Assembly (NCBI GenBank): GCA_010093605.1
Contig: MU004187.1
Coordinates: forward strand, 1,310,018 to 1,374,017
Source of the DNA: Lophium mytilinum
Taxonomy: Eukaryota
Direction of reading: 5' to 3'
DNA length: 64,000 nucleotides
The translations under genes and the position numbers were made by a program. Below the pieces are notes generated by a model. It saw only the letters and a list, made by a program, of their open reading frames with translations. It had not been told where the DNA came from and ran no database searches. The first letter of the stretch is position 1, and each line of letters opens with the position of its first letter. This document shows positions 34,801-47,579 of this stretch, one piece after another.

Positions 34801-37800
34801 GTTCATGGCAAGTACTCTGCCGAGGACTTTGATGACGACCTGCGCAATGTTCTTCGGAGATGCGGCTGTAAAGGAGAGAAGATTTGCTTCATTATGGACG
34901 AATCGAATGTCCTCGACTCTGGGTTCCTTGAGCGCATGAACACCTTGCTTGCCAATGCTGAGGTACCCGGTCTGTTCGAAGGAGATGAGTACGCATCTCT
35001 CATGACGGCTTGTAAAGAGGGTGCACAGCGACAAGGCCTTCTGTTGGACTCTCAGGAAGAGCTGTACAAATGGTTCACGCAGCAAATTGTGAAGAATCTC
35101 CACGTGGTCTTCACAATGAACCCCCCAGAGGAAGGATTATCATCCAAAGCCGCCACAAGTCCGGCCTTGTTCAATCGATGCGTTCTTAACTGGTTCGGAG
35201 ACTGGTCTGACCAAGCTCTCTTCCAAGTCGGCTCTGAGCTCACACAGTCCGTCGATTTGGACCGCGCGAACTTTACTGCTCCCGATAGCATACCAGTTTC
35301 TTACCGTGGGCTCGCCTTACCACCATCACATCGCGAGGCCGTTGTCAATGCTATGGTGTATATTCACTATTCTCTACACGGCTATAACAAGAGACTACAG
35401 ACCCAACAGAGCAGAATCACATATCTCACGCCAAGACACTTCCTCGATTTCGTTGCACAATACGTCAAGCTGTACAACGAGAAGAGAGAAGACCTTGAGG
35501 AGCAACAGCGACATCTCAACGTGGGGTTGGAAAAGTTACGTGAAACCGTGGACAAGGTTCGTGACCTGCGCAAGAGTTTAGCGGAGAAGAAGAGTCAATT
35601 GGAGAGGAAGGATATTGAGGCCAACGAGAAGCTGCAACGCATGCTTGCTGATCAGCAAGATGCCGAACGACGAAAAGTAGAAGCCTCGGAGACCCAGGCT
35701 CTCTTGGAGAAGGCAGAAATAGAGATTGCAAATCGCAGAGAAGTTGTGATGAACGATCTAGCAGATGCAGAGCCAGCCGTCATTGAGGCCAAGAAAAGCG
35801 TTTCGAATATCAAGCGACAGCATCTCACGGAAGTTCGGTCTATGCAAAAGCCTCCAGTTGGTGTCAGACTCGCCCTTGAAGCAGTCTGCACTCTCCTAGG
35901 TCACAAGGTGGACGATTGGAAGGCAATCATCGCGATCGTGCGAAAAGACGAGTTCATTCACAACATCATCAACTACGACAACGAGAAACAGATGACTCGA
36001 AACTCTCGATTGAAGATGCAAAATGAATATATCTCGAACCCAGGCTTTACTTTTGAGAAGGTCAATCATGCTAGTAAAGCATGTGGTCCGCTTGTACAGT
36101 GGGTCACAGCTCAAGTCAAGTATTCCGAGATCCTGGATAAAGTTGGACCCCTGCGCGAGGAGGTCGGCCAGCTTGAAGAAGACGCTCAACAAAAGAGACA
36201 GGCTGCGGAGGATACGAGGGAAGAAATTAGGGCACTCGAAGACAGCATTCTGAGATACAAGAAAGAGTACGCCGCACTAATCAGTGAAACCCAAGCCATC
36301 AAGTCCGAAATGGAGAGGGTCCAGTCCAAGGTCGATCGAAGTGTCCGTCTGCTCGACAGTCTATCATCTGAAAGAATTCGCTGGGAAGAGAGCAGCAAGT
36401 CCTTCGAGACTCAAATTGACACTATCGTCGGAGACGTTCTTGTGGCCGCTGCGTTCATTGCTTATGGCGGCTACTATGACCAACAATACCGGAAGTCTAT
36501 GATGGACGATTGGCTCCATCACCTATCTCTTTCAGGGATCAGCTTCAAAGCTCACAATCCGGTCACAGAGTACCTCTCTACTGCAGACGAGAGGCTGACA
36601 TGGCAACGCAATACACTGCCTGTGGACGATCTGTGTACAGAGAATGCCATCATTTTGAAGAGGTTCAACCGATATCCTCTAATCATCGATCCTTCTGGTC
36701 GAACAGTCGAGTTTTTGCAGAACGAATGCAAAGACCGCCGGCTCACTGTCACCAGTTTCCTCGATGATTCCTTCACGAAACAGCTTGAGAGTTCATTGCG
36801 ATTCGGTAATCCAATTCTTATCCAGGACGCGGAACATCTCGATCCTATTTTAAATCATGTTCTCAACAAGGAGTACCAGAAGACTGGAGGACGTGTTCTT
36901 ATCCAGCTCGGAAAGCAGGAAATCGATTTCTCGCCTTCATTCAGGCTGTACCTTTCGACCAGAGATCCTTCGGCAACATTCGCCCCCGACATCTGCAGTC
37001 GGACAACTTTCGTCAACTTCACGGTCACCCAGAGCAGTTTGCAGACTCAGACACTCAACGAAGTTTTGAAGTCCGAACGACCTGACGTAGACGAGCGACG
37101 ATCCAACCTTATCAAGATGCAAGGAGAGTTCAGCGTGCATTTGCGACAACTGGAGAAGCGGCTGCTTCAAGCCCTGAACGAGTCCCGCGGAAATATCCTA
37201 GACGATGACCACGTCATTCAAACCCTCGAAACCTTAAAGAAAGAAGCCGGAGAGATCACTGCAAAGGCAGCTGAAACCGAGGGCGTCATGACAGAAGTGG
37301 AGAACATCACGCTGCAATACACCGTCATTGCTCGATCTTGCTCTGCGATTTTCGCTGTGCTAGAACAGCTGCATCATATCAACCATTTCTACCAGTTCTC
37401 ACTCAAGTATTTCACGGATATCTTCGAGGCAGTCCTACAACGCGTCAAGATACCGGGCCAAGCTGGGAAATACACGAGTCGCATCGATCACATCCTCAGC
37501 GAACTCTTCGTTGATGCGTACCGTCGCACATCTTTGTCCCTTTTGCAAAAAGATCGCGTCATGCTCGCCATGCTTCTTGTTCAGGCCGCTCCATACAAAA
37601 TGGACAAGAGTCTCATCGATCTAATCCTTGACAAGGACTTAGAGGGGGTCGACGTCTCCACGGAAGTGGACCGTAGGGATGAAGTCCTGGTACGCGCTAG
37701 CAAACTACCTCTGTTCAAGAACGACCTAGAAGCCATAGATGCTACAGCCTGGGACCAGTTTTTGAGTGAAGAGATAGCAGAGGACTTCGTACCCCAGGCT

Positions 37801-39000
37801 TGGTCTGCAGATATAGAACGGCTTGATCGACAGCTCCGATCGCTGGTACTCATGAAGCTCTTCCGAGTCGACCGATTTGTTCCGGCCGTAGAACGCTTTG
37901 TCGCTGAGGTGTTCGGCGAGGGACTCATGGACTCGAGCGGTGACCTAAGCGATATTGTCAAACAAGTCACAGCCAGGACACCTGTTGCACTCAGCTCCAG
38001 TCCCGGATTCGACGCAAGCTACAAGGTCGACAATCTCGTTGAGAGAGAGCACGCTACTTGCACCAATATCGCCATGGGCTCCAACGAAGGAGTCGCAAGT
38101 GCGGACAAGGCCATCAGCAACGCGGCTGCCACAGGATCATGGGTTCTCGTCAAGAATGTTCACCTAGCCCCAACGTGGCTCCAAAGCTTAGAGAAACGAC
38201 TCGATTCACTTAAGCCTCACCCGGATTTCAGGCTGTTCTTGTCAATGGAGTCCAGTCCGAAAATACCCGTCAATCTCCTCCGTGCATCTCGAGTCTTATC
38301 GTACGAGCAACCAGCAGGAATCAGAGCAAACATGAAGGACTCCCTCTCTTCTATGGCCGAACGGGCGACGAAGCAGCCGGTAGAGAAAGCCAGGATCTAC
38401 CTCTTGCTCTCTTTCCTCCACGCCGTTGTTCAAGAACGATTACGGTACGCTCCCAGCCTTGGCTGGAAGGGCTTCTGGGAGTTCAACGACAGCGATGTAA
38501 GTCTGCCCCGCCACCGTCTACAGCTCACACACTAACAACAATCACAGTACGAATGCTGCGCCTTTGTAATCGACACCTGGATCGACTCCGTCGCCCTCGG
38601 CCGCACCAACGTCGCTCCCAAGAACATCCCATGGGAGATGCTCCGCACCCTGATCACAGAAATGTACGGCGGCAAGATCGACGACGAGCATGACTTCCGC
38701 GCGCTCACGCAGCTCGTGGACGCCACAATGACGCCCGCGGCGTTCGAGGAGAACTTTATGATTGTTAAGGACAGCGAGCACAGTCGCGGCCTGGCGCTGC
38801 CCAGCACGACGGGCTGGCGCGACTTTATGGGCTGGGTGCAGGGCCTGCCGGAGCGCGAGCCGCCGACGTACCTCGGACTGCCGGCCAATGCGGAGAAGCT
38901 GCTGCTGGTGGGGCAGGCGAATGAGATGGTGCGGAATTTGGGGTTGATTATGAATATGCTCGATGAAGGCGAGCAGGTGATGGCGGAGGCGGAGGCTTAA
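25873..39000 (+). CDS. nudA: Cytoplasmic dynein heavy chain
   Basis: About 4350 aa; P-loops [24 protein letters not shown] and GVSGSGKT; stalk coiled coil; introns 26156-26203 (in-frame) and 38497-38547. Confidence 0.98.
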
Positions 39001-39471
39001 GTCCACGGCGGGCTTGGGCGGTTGTGAAAATTGCTTTTCTTTTGTTTTGTTCCGGCTTTATATCCATCGTTTTCGCTGGCTCGCGGGTGGAAGGCGTGAG
39101 TGGGATTGCATCTGGCAAGGCGAGGCTTCTTCGGTATGGAGGATTACAGGAGTATTGGGGTTTTTTGGGCGGCTGAGAGAGCGAGAAGAAAGAGACAGAG
39201 GGGGAGAATGAGCGAAGAACAGTTTATACCCGATCCAACAAATTCTTTTCTTTTCCCTTTGTATTTTGATAGCTTCACAGTTGCAAGCGTTTGTACTAGA
39301 TTGTAATCAAGAGACACTTTCTTTCAATATCTGACACTTGCTATTCTAAACATTTTCGTAACCTCGTGACTCGTGCCGTGATAACGGAATGGGGCAATGG
39401 GACCCTTGCTAAATGCTACAACGCTTCACTGCCGACATAAAAAAGAATCGGCACGTGACCTGTACCACTCC

Positions 39472-41080
39472 TCAAACCCTCCCCCTTGCTCTCACAGCTT
39501 GCAAAAACGCCCCGTAACTCCACGTCAAATCCCTCGCGCCCCGCTCGAATCCCGTCACTCGGTCGAACTGCTCGCTGAGCGAGCCCTCGGCATCTGTATG
39601 CGTCTTCACCACTTCTAAGAAGCCATCGCCGACGCTCTTCAACCGTTCCAGCACATCCGCAAACAAGTCATCATTGGAGCCGTAGGTTCCTGGCTTGAGA
39701 TCCGCAAAGGACGGCGCGTCAGCCAATAGAGCTTCCCAGAACGGCATCCCTAATTCCGTGACCTCCAACTCGTGCGTTAGTTGTAGATGCGCAGCGACGC
39801 GGTACAGAATCTCAGATGCAGAGGACGTGCAGAGGAACCACGGGTTGCCGCCAAAGGGCGTGGTGCCGTAGCCGTCGTAGACGTCCTCGGGGTAGCGTCC
39901 TAGTCCCACGCCTCCGAGGGGAAGGGTCTCTTCTGGGGAGGCCGGGGGCGCGGAGTTGATGGGGAAGCGGTTGCGTTGGTCGTAGACGAGGGCGAGGAGG
40001 GAGACGAGGATTTCGTCGGAGTAGGGGGCGTAGAGGGGCGTGCCGGGCACGGTATTGTTAGCTGCGGGGGAGCCGTGAAGGGAGCCGAGGAGGATGCCGC
40101 AGTCGAGCCCGGAGCGGGGGCTGGATAGGGTTTCGACGAGGTGGCCCTTGGAGGAGTCCCAGAAGGTGGGGATGAATTCCTCGAGTAGGGTGGCTTGTTG
40201 CGTGTACCAGGCTGCGGCGCCGGAGTCGTGGAACGCGAGGGCGAGTAAGGTGCCTTCGCGCAGAGCGCGGAGTTGCACCATTGCGGTGAAGAAGTGCAGG
40301 CCTTGGACTTCTTCCCACAGATCGAAGCCGGATGCGTTCCAGTAGTGCGAGACATATTCGAGGTCGGCTTTTATAATGCTGTTGGCGGGCATGTGGGCGT
40401 CGTAGAGGGGCTTGAACCAATCGGGGCCCTCGTCACTGGTCCAGAGAGAGGGGTTAGAAGAGTTGTAGGCGCGAAGATAGGACATGAGGGTTATAGCGCG
40501 GAGGGCGGGTCCGTCACGCTGGGGACGTCCCCAGGAACCGACAAAGGGGCTGCCATCTGCTTCGAATTTGGGTTCGCCTAGCCCCGAGAGGTCCAAAAAC
40601 GAGCCAGAGGGGTTATTCGTGTGTTGAAGTTCATCTTGTAGGGAGGCATAGGCGTTAAGAATGATCTCAAGTTTGGAAGATAGAGGGTCGAACGGGTCGT
40701 CTGCGTACAGGTCCACTAAGGTGGAGGTAGTGATCGCTGCGTCTCGAACCCCTAGAAGATAGCTTGTTAGTCTGGTGGTTTGTAGAAGAGTTGAAACACT
40801 AACATTGGTAGTAGTAATCAGGGTGGTTCTTTGACGGGCTTGCTATTACAGAGCCTGGGGCGGCATCAGGCACATTCCGCCCAAATGGTGCGACATTTGC
40901 CAGAAGATTGTCCAGAGCAATGTCCTCTTCCCTTTGTAACCACTCGTCCAGCGAGTATTGGGGCTTTTGTTGCAGTGGGCTCTGCTCGATGGCGGCGACG
41001 TGCGGGAACGGCGGGAGGGCGAGGGCAAAGGCGTACAGGACGAGGTAAGCTGCGAAGAGTAAGGGCACTAGAAGGGTCAT
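39472..41080 (-). CDS. Glucoamylase, GH15, with signal peptide and no CBM20
   Basis: Hydrophobic N-terminus; PDYYYQW|VRDAA across intron 40803-40752; WGRPQRDGPALR, DLWEE, LSEQFDR, LTWSY. Confidence 0.93.
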
Positions 41081-41520
41081 GGTGAAGGTGCCAGAAGGCA
41101 GACGATGGGGTCTAAACACGTCTAGAATAAGAATACAGGGTAGAAGAGATTGAAACGTCTATTACGAAGAGTATGTACACAGAAAGGAAGCAAACGGGAA
41201 CATGTCACTAGGGCGGGCGGTAATGTTAAGGAATGAGACAGCAAAGTGTACTCGGCACATGGCCAGCTCGGGCATGGTAGGCAGCACCGGCATCATGGCG
41301 CTGACGATGTTGGCCGGCCTCGCGAGACCTTGGTGGTGGCGGAGGCCAGTAGGAGTGGGCCAGCTTTGGGATGTGAAGGAGTGACGTGTGCGGGTGACTG
41401 CCAGGACTTCACGAACGAAGCCCGAAAGGCCAATCACGGGATGCCAGGGGCCAAGACGCTTTGCATTTGTTTGTCGTGTGACTGCCCGCTGTGCCCTTGT
41501 GCCTCCGCCTGCCCACCCGG

Positions 41521-41534
41521 CCGAGGCAGGTCCG
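41521..41534 (-). promoter_or_regulatory. Possible AmyR-type CGG-N8-CGG site upstream of the glucoamylase
   Basis: CCG-AGGCAGGT-CCG on the + strand, about 440 bp upstream of the ATG. The region is GC-rich, so a chance match is possible. Confidence 0.3.
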
Positions 41535-41931
41535 CCGTCAGTATGGCTGCCACTGCTGCGATCGGCTCGGTTCCTGCAGAGCGGCGGTGACGGCATCATG
41601 GGACTGCACTCTTTGTGTTCCTGACCGTTCAGCACGTGATATGCCGAGTCAGCACATGTGGGTTCCAGCATTATACAGCTGCATCAGCATGAGATTTCGT
41701 CTCTGTGGGTAGTGGAGATATGTCGTCTGCACGAATGCAATTTCAATAATGATCAAGGAGAATTAGAATTTTCTATGCCGAATACAAAAGAAAGAACACT
41801 GAAAAGCAAGATAGCAGGTTTTCAATGCAATGCTCGCTGCCCCGGATGCTAATCAAACAGTGCCAGACGCCTTGAAGCCAGGGTATCGTGAGTCAAATAA
41901 ACCCCTCCATTCTCTCAATTCAACCCCTTCA

Positions 41932-43137
41932 TCAGATTGTTTGCTTGTTGTCACCACCGATCGCCTTCTCCTCATCAATCGGCGGTTGCTTCGGGGTGGA
42001 CGCAGACTTCTTCTCTGCATCGCCAGACCTTGGCACATCCTCATCTTCCACATCATCAAACGTCTCCTCCTCAGTGTAGACCCTGCTGAGTTGCCTCTGG
42101 GGCTTTTCCTCCTCGCCATTCTGCGTCTGGCCCGCGGCGTACGATCCCGGCCCTTTCGCGCCGTCGGGGATGTGGAATCTCAGGTCGATTCTCAAGATGG
42201 CGTAGAGATATACAACGATGATCTCAACGACAAAGTTGAAGACGTAGAAGCATGCCCGGGAGAAATAACCTGGAAGGGGCTCCGTCCGAGGTACCGGAGT
42301 TTTCCATGACGTTCCGCAGCGGTACCAAGCACCAAGCGTCACGCTGAAAGCTGCTGCAAGGAGTACGATAACCTTTGTTCTGAAGCGACCTTGGCCAAAC
42401 TTTTCGACTCGTGTTTTGCGAGGTACCAGAAGGCCGAAAATGACCATTGGAATGGGCAGAAAGGAGATTATAGCCAGGAAGGTGGCGCCGTAGAGCTGGA
42501 GGCTGCGATCTATTTTACGCGTCCTAGGCCGAAGCGTGTAGAAAGATTCCACTGTTCCGGTAATGACAATGGCCAGGGTGAGAACAATCAGGACATAAAG
42601 AGCCTTTAGTGCTAGCGAGAAGGTACGATGCCAGCCAAAATGAGGATGCGCAGCACGTAGGAGGCGCTGTGCGAAGACCAGATTGATGACAAAGATGAGC
42701 AGTACGCCAGCCGCCACGAAAATTGAGGCGGCGATAGCGAGTCGGATGTTATGCGGCAAGCAGACAGAGGCAATGCGGAGGATGCAAGTGACGGTTCGGG
42801 CCATGCAGAAACCTATTCACTGCGTCAGACTTGTTCGTAGAGATTGACGTCGCATCAAAGTTCTTACCGAAGAGTACCGCAGAGAAAAGAAATTTATGTC
42901 CACGTCTTCTGTTTAGTTGGAAAATAGTCATGTGAGTCGCTGCTCCGCAGACGTAGAAGACAAGCAGCACCGCTGTTATGGGTACGTCGATATTTTTCTC
43001 GGCTTTCCCGCCCAAAGCCCATACCATGGGCAGCCAAGGGGGGCCTGAACTGGCCTAGAAAGGCAATTGTTTAGTTGGTTGTAAAAGTTGGGCGCTAGAG
43101 TGCAATTTACCTGGCTGGGAGGCATTTTAGAAGCCAT
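41932..43137 (-). CDS. Multi-pass membrane protein, DUF3112/RTA1-like
   Basis: HMTIFQLNRRRGHKFLFS, GFCMARTVTCILRIA, RAAHPHFGWH, RIDLRFHIPDG; introns 43110-43055 and 42867-42813. Confidence 0.8.
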
Positions 43138-44150
43138 GGCTACGCTCAAACCCTTGGATACCAGATCACCTCGCGGTAGATAACCTCGTACTTCGTACAA
43201 TCGAGTGTTATGAAGGGGGGGCGGTCTCGACTACGTCAAAGGGGCCCTTTTATAGCGAGATAAAGAGAAGACGGGCGCGAGAGTTGAAGGTGCAGGTCGA
43301 CGTGATGTAGTACTTGCAAGAATTGGGGTGCAGTGAAACAAGAGGCGAAGGAAGAGTCTGAAGTGTCAAGCGTCACAGCTGTCGAAGAGGGTTGTCGAGT
43401 GTGGCGTGAAGGCGGGTCACGCCTGTTATATGGAAGTGAAACCTAGAACGGTCGGGCTCGTGGCACGCCGACCAGAAGCGCATTGGCAAGCTTGCGGGCA
43501 AGGTACAAACGGTCGAAGGGCAGATTGCGCTCGTCGTACAATGTAGCTACGAGATACCGGCCGAGAGGTCGGGCACGTCCCGAACACACGGCGACGGGAG
43601 CTCTTCCAAGATTCGGTCCCCTAAGATTCTTGCGCCGACATCTCTATGGTGGAGTTAGTAATTGCACTGGCGCTGTTGGGACAGAGGGGCAGTATTGGTC
43701 CGCGGGAAAGGTCACTCGGCGTCTCGTCAAATCGGTCGGCGGTGATAAAAGCGCGAAGGGCGAACCATCGGCATTCCGATTGAATTTTGCCGATTGCGGC
43801 CGAGTACGCACCGAGTGACTGGCGTTGAAGCAGTTTGCGAGTCGAGACAGATACGCTATACCCTACGTTAGGCAAGATGGAGAGACTAATCGGTGGCCTC
43901 TGTGAGGTCGTCTTACCGTTCGATTACATGTCCTATGATATTACCAGATCTATCCGTATGTAAGATGCTCTTATCCCTGTCGCTCTTACCGTATTCATCC
44001 TAGCGCGTGTAAGAGCGAACCAGGCACGCCAGGGCTCTCTTCAACACCATGCCAAGCATCACTACAAGCTCTTCACCATAACAACACGTCCATGTGATGC
44101 TTCGTCCTTAACCTAAATACCATGTGCGCTTAAGTGCCTCAACCTATACA

Positions 44151-46344
44151 ATGGCGGAGCAAGAGATCGGCTCTTCATACATTGCTTCACTCTACAAACC
44201 GCCCGCCTTGCTCCCCATTGCTCGCCATCGCGATGCTCTCCTCTATCTCATCGAAACTTTCCCAGTCACTATTGTTGTAGGCCAGACTGGCAGTGGTAAG
44301 ACGACACAGATCCCACAGTATCTCGACCAGGCAGGATGGTCCTCGAAAGAAAAATGCATCGCGGTTACGCAGGTAGGTCAGTCGGCGCTGTATATAACGT
44401 CCATGTAGTACTTTCAGCAAGCTGACTGTGTGTAAAAGCCGCGCCGAGTAGCCGCAACAACAGTAGCAACCAGAGTGGCAGAGGAAATGAGATGCAAGCT
44501 AGGTCAAGAAGTTCGCAAACCCAATTATCGTCCCTAGAACTACTACTTATGGACTATAGGTTGGCTATTCTATCCGCTTTGAGGATGCCACATCTGCTGC
44601 TACGCGTATTAAGTTTTTAACTGATGGTCTGCTGCTCAGAGAAGCTTTGGTCGACCCCCTTCTCTCCCGTTACTCTGTCATTATGGTAGATGAGGCCCAC
44701 GAACGCTCATTAAGCTCCGACATCCTCCTAGGCCTTTTAAAGAAGATTAGGAAGAAGCGCTCCGACCTCAGAATCGTAGTCAGTAGTGCGACGCTAGATG
44801 CGGAAAATTTCCTGCAATTCTTCGCTGGTGATTCTCAAGCTGAGAACGGCAACGGGGATTCCGAGCCAGGTGGTACCATCGGGCGCATCATCAGTCTGGA
44901 AGGCAGAATGTATCCGGTGGACATCCATTACCTCGAAGAACCAGCGGAAGATTACGTCGGAATAGCGGTAAAGACAGTCTTCGACATCCACTCCTCGGAG
45001 CCAGACGGCGATATCCTAATATTCCTCACCGGTCGCGAAGAAATCGAGACCGCTATCGACATGATTGCTGATAGAATGGGCACTCTCGCTCCCAACGCTC
45101 CGTCACTACAACCCCTTCCTCTCTATGCTGGCCTTACGACCGATCAACAAATGTACGTCTTTGAGCCAGCGCCCGAGAACACTCGCAAAATCATCCTCGC
45201 CACCAACATCGCCGAAGCATCTGTGACAATAGATGGCATAGTCTACGTCATTGACTGTGGATATGTCAAGCTCCGTGCGTACAACCCAGTGACCGGCATT
45301 GAGACGTTGACTGCGGTCCCCGTGTCCAAGGCTTCGGCGACCCAGCGTGCAGGAAGAGCAGGTCGTACCAAAGCAGGGAAATGCTATCGCCTGTTTACAG
45401 AACAAAGCTTCGAGAGCCTCGCCGAGTCGACTGTACCCGAGATCCAGCGCTCAAATCTCGCTCCAGTAGTCCTCCAGCTAAAGGCGTTGGGCATCGACAA
45501 CATCGCTCGTTTCGATTATCTAACCCCTCCTCCATCAGAGCTCATGGTGCGAGCTCTCGAACTTCTCTTCTCTCTCGGCGCTCTAGACGACTATGCTAGA
45601 CTCACTAAGCCACTTGGAACCCGCATGGCAGAGCTTTCCGTCGAACCCATGATGGGTAAAGTGCTTCTATCAGCCTCAAATTTCGACTGTCTGAGCGAAG
45701 CTCTATCTATAGCAGCAATGACGAGCCTCCAAGGCGCGGTGTGGTTCCATCATGAAGGTGAAAAGAAGTCTCAAGAAACTGCGCGTAGGAAATTTGCCGC
45801 AGAGGAGGGCGACCATTTGACTTTGTTAAATGTATATCAAGCATTCGTGACAAAGGGAAAGAAGGAGGCGAAATGGTGTCGCGACAACTACCTGAACTTC
45901 AAATCAATGACTCGAGCAGTGAGTATAAGAAACCAACTTAAGAGGTACTTGGAGAGGTTTGGAATCAACGTAGATGAGAGTCTGGGCAGGGATTCAACGG
46001 TCCTCAGAGCTGGGGCACTTGATAAGGCTGAGAAGATCCGCAGGTGTTTGACCTCTGGATTCTTTGCTCATGTTGCGAGGATGCAGCCGGATGGATCCTT
46101 CAGGACAGTCGATGGAGGGACAGTACTGCATGCACATCCAACCTCGCTGATGTTTGTAAGTGTGTTAGTGGTTCTAACATGAAAGTAGTACTAACAGGCT
46201 ATGTAGAATCGGAAGGCGGACTGGGTCATCTTTCACGAGGTCATGGAAACGGGAAATAAGACGTTCATACGGGATATCACCAAGATTGAGAAGGCGTGGT
46301 TGCTAGAATATGCACCGGAGTATTATCGCATAGCAAAGAGGTAA
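44151..46344 (+). CDS. DHX35: DEAH-box RNA helicase, DHX35-like
   Basis: GQTGSGKTTQ, TQPRRVAA, DEAH, SAT, QRAGRAGR; short N-terminus; introns 44373-44438, 44511-44559 and 46156-46206. Confidence 0.85.
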
Positions 46345-46443
46345 ATGAGACGTCCCCTCATTGAGGCCAACGCAGCTTCTTGAAACCATTACACACAATA
46401 TATACTCAAAAACACGCTCCGAAACACCATCAACTCTACAGAC

Positions 46444-47272
46444 TCATTTGAGTGCCTCGATGAACAGCTCACGCATCCCCTTCAAGAGAACACTAAACTC
46501 TCTGCACTCATTATAACGTTCCTGTACTCTGTCCACCTCCTCCTTCTCGATCTTTGGTCGGTAGTGGATAACTCTCACTTCTCTTTCCGATGTGTCAATC
46601 TCGAACCAAGCCTCCCGCTCCCACTCCCTTTCATTGATGTTGTTGAAGATGAATTTGATCCGGTCGTGGAGGCCCGCCCCATCGATCCTCATGCTCAGGT
46701 AGTTCTCCCAGAAATCCAACTCCGGGTCATTATGTCTCGCCTGGCCGTCAAGATAGCGTCGGTGCTTCAGCTGCGCTTCGCGCCTGGCTGAAACAGCCTT
46801 CTGAACCTCCGCGATCTGAGCCTTCAGGGTATCCCGGTTGGCAAGACGCTCGTCGCGTTGCTCAGTGAGTGTCGTGATAGCTGTGTGCATTTCTGCGGTT
46901 TCGGCAGACTCTTTCGCCAGGTTTTGGGCATGCGTAGTAGATTTGAGCGTGAGAATCTCGATGTCGCGCTTCTTCATTTTTTGGTCCTCTGTAGACGTAA
47001 ATATTAGCTATGCGCATGGGTATAACCGTAAGTGTCGTACCTTGAAGTTCGGCGACATTCATGCGGAAATGATTGCGCTCTTCCAAGACGCGCTTGCGTC
47101 CCTTGTCGATGAAGTCGTCGAAACGCGCAGTGAACTGGGCCATGCGCGAGCGTAGTTCCTCAAAGCCAAAGTTGATGCTGGGGAGCTGGTCGGCCATTGA
47201 GGGCGCTTCCGCAGAGGTGAGCGGTGGGCGCATGGTGCTGCCGGAGAGCGTAGGTTCGAACATAGTGCCCAT
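46444..47272 (-). CDS. SPC25: Kinetochore Ndc80-complex subunit Spc25
   Basis: LPSINFGFEELRSRMAQFT, coiled coil, PELDFWENYLSMRIDGAG..RIKFIF RWD-like region; intron 47040-46989. Confidence 0.88.
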
Positions 47273-47579
47273 AATTGTTGTGTGTTACGAATGTGTGGGT
47301 TGGGTGCAGACTAAGTAGTTTTGCAGATTGAGGTTGATGTTTGGAGAGAGACAGTTTGTTGTTGCTTTGAAGAACCGTTGCTAGGGTAAAATCTCGGTGA
47401 ATACAAACACCGATGATCACGTGAATCTACTAGCGTGAAATTGAGCTCCCCGCTGAACTTTTATCGGCGCGTTACACCACTTCACTGCACGTCCACGTCG
47501 CGATTTTCTCAACCCACGCGCTCAATTATGCTTTGTTGCTGCACTGCTTTCTTCGAGCAAACCCTCAAACTCAGACCTA

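Noticed and set aside
25979..39006. Many antisense and alternate-frame ORFs inside dynein, and similar ones in other genes such as 60010-60957
   Set aside because: Shadow ORFs expected from codon bias; no independent motifs.
43905..44020. Repeated CTCTTAC/GTAAGAG words with a 9-bp inverted repeat (43981-43989 / 44009-44017)
   Set aside because: Too short for a MITE and no target-site duplication; may be promoter sites but unsupported.
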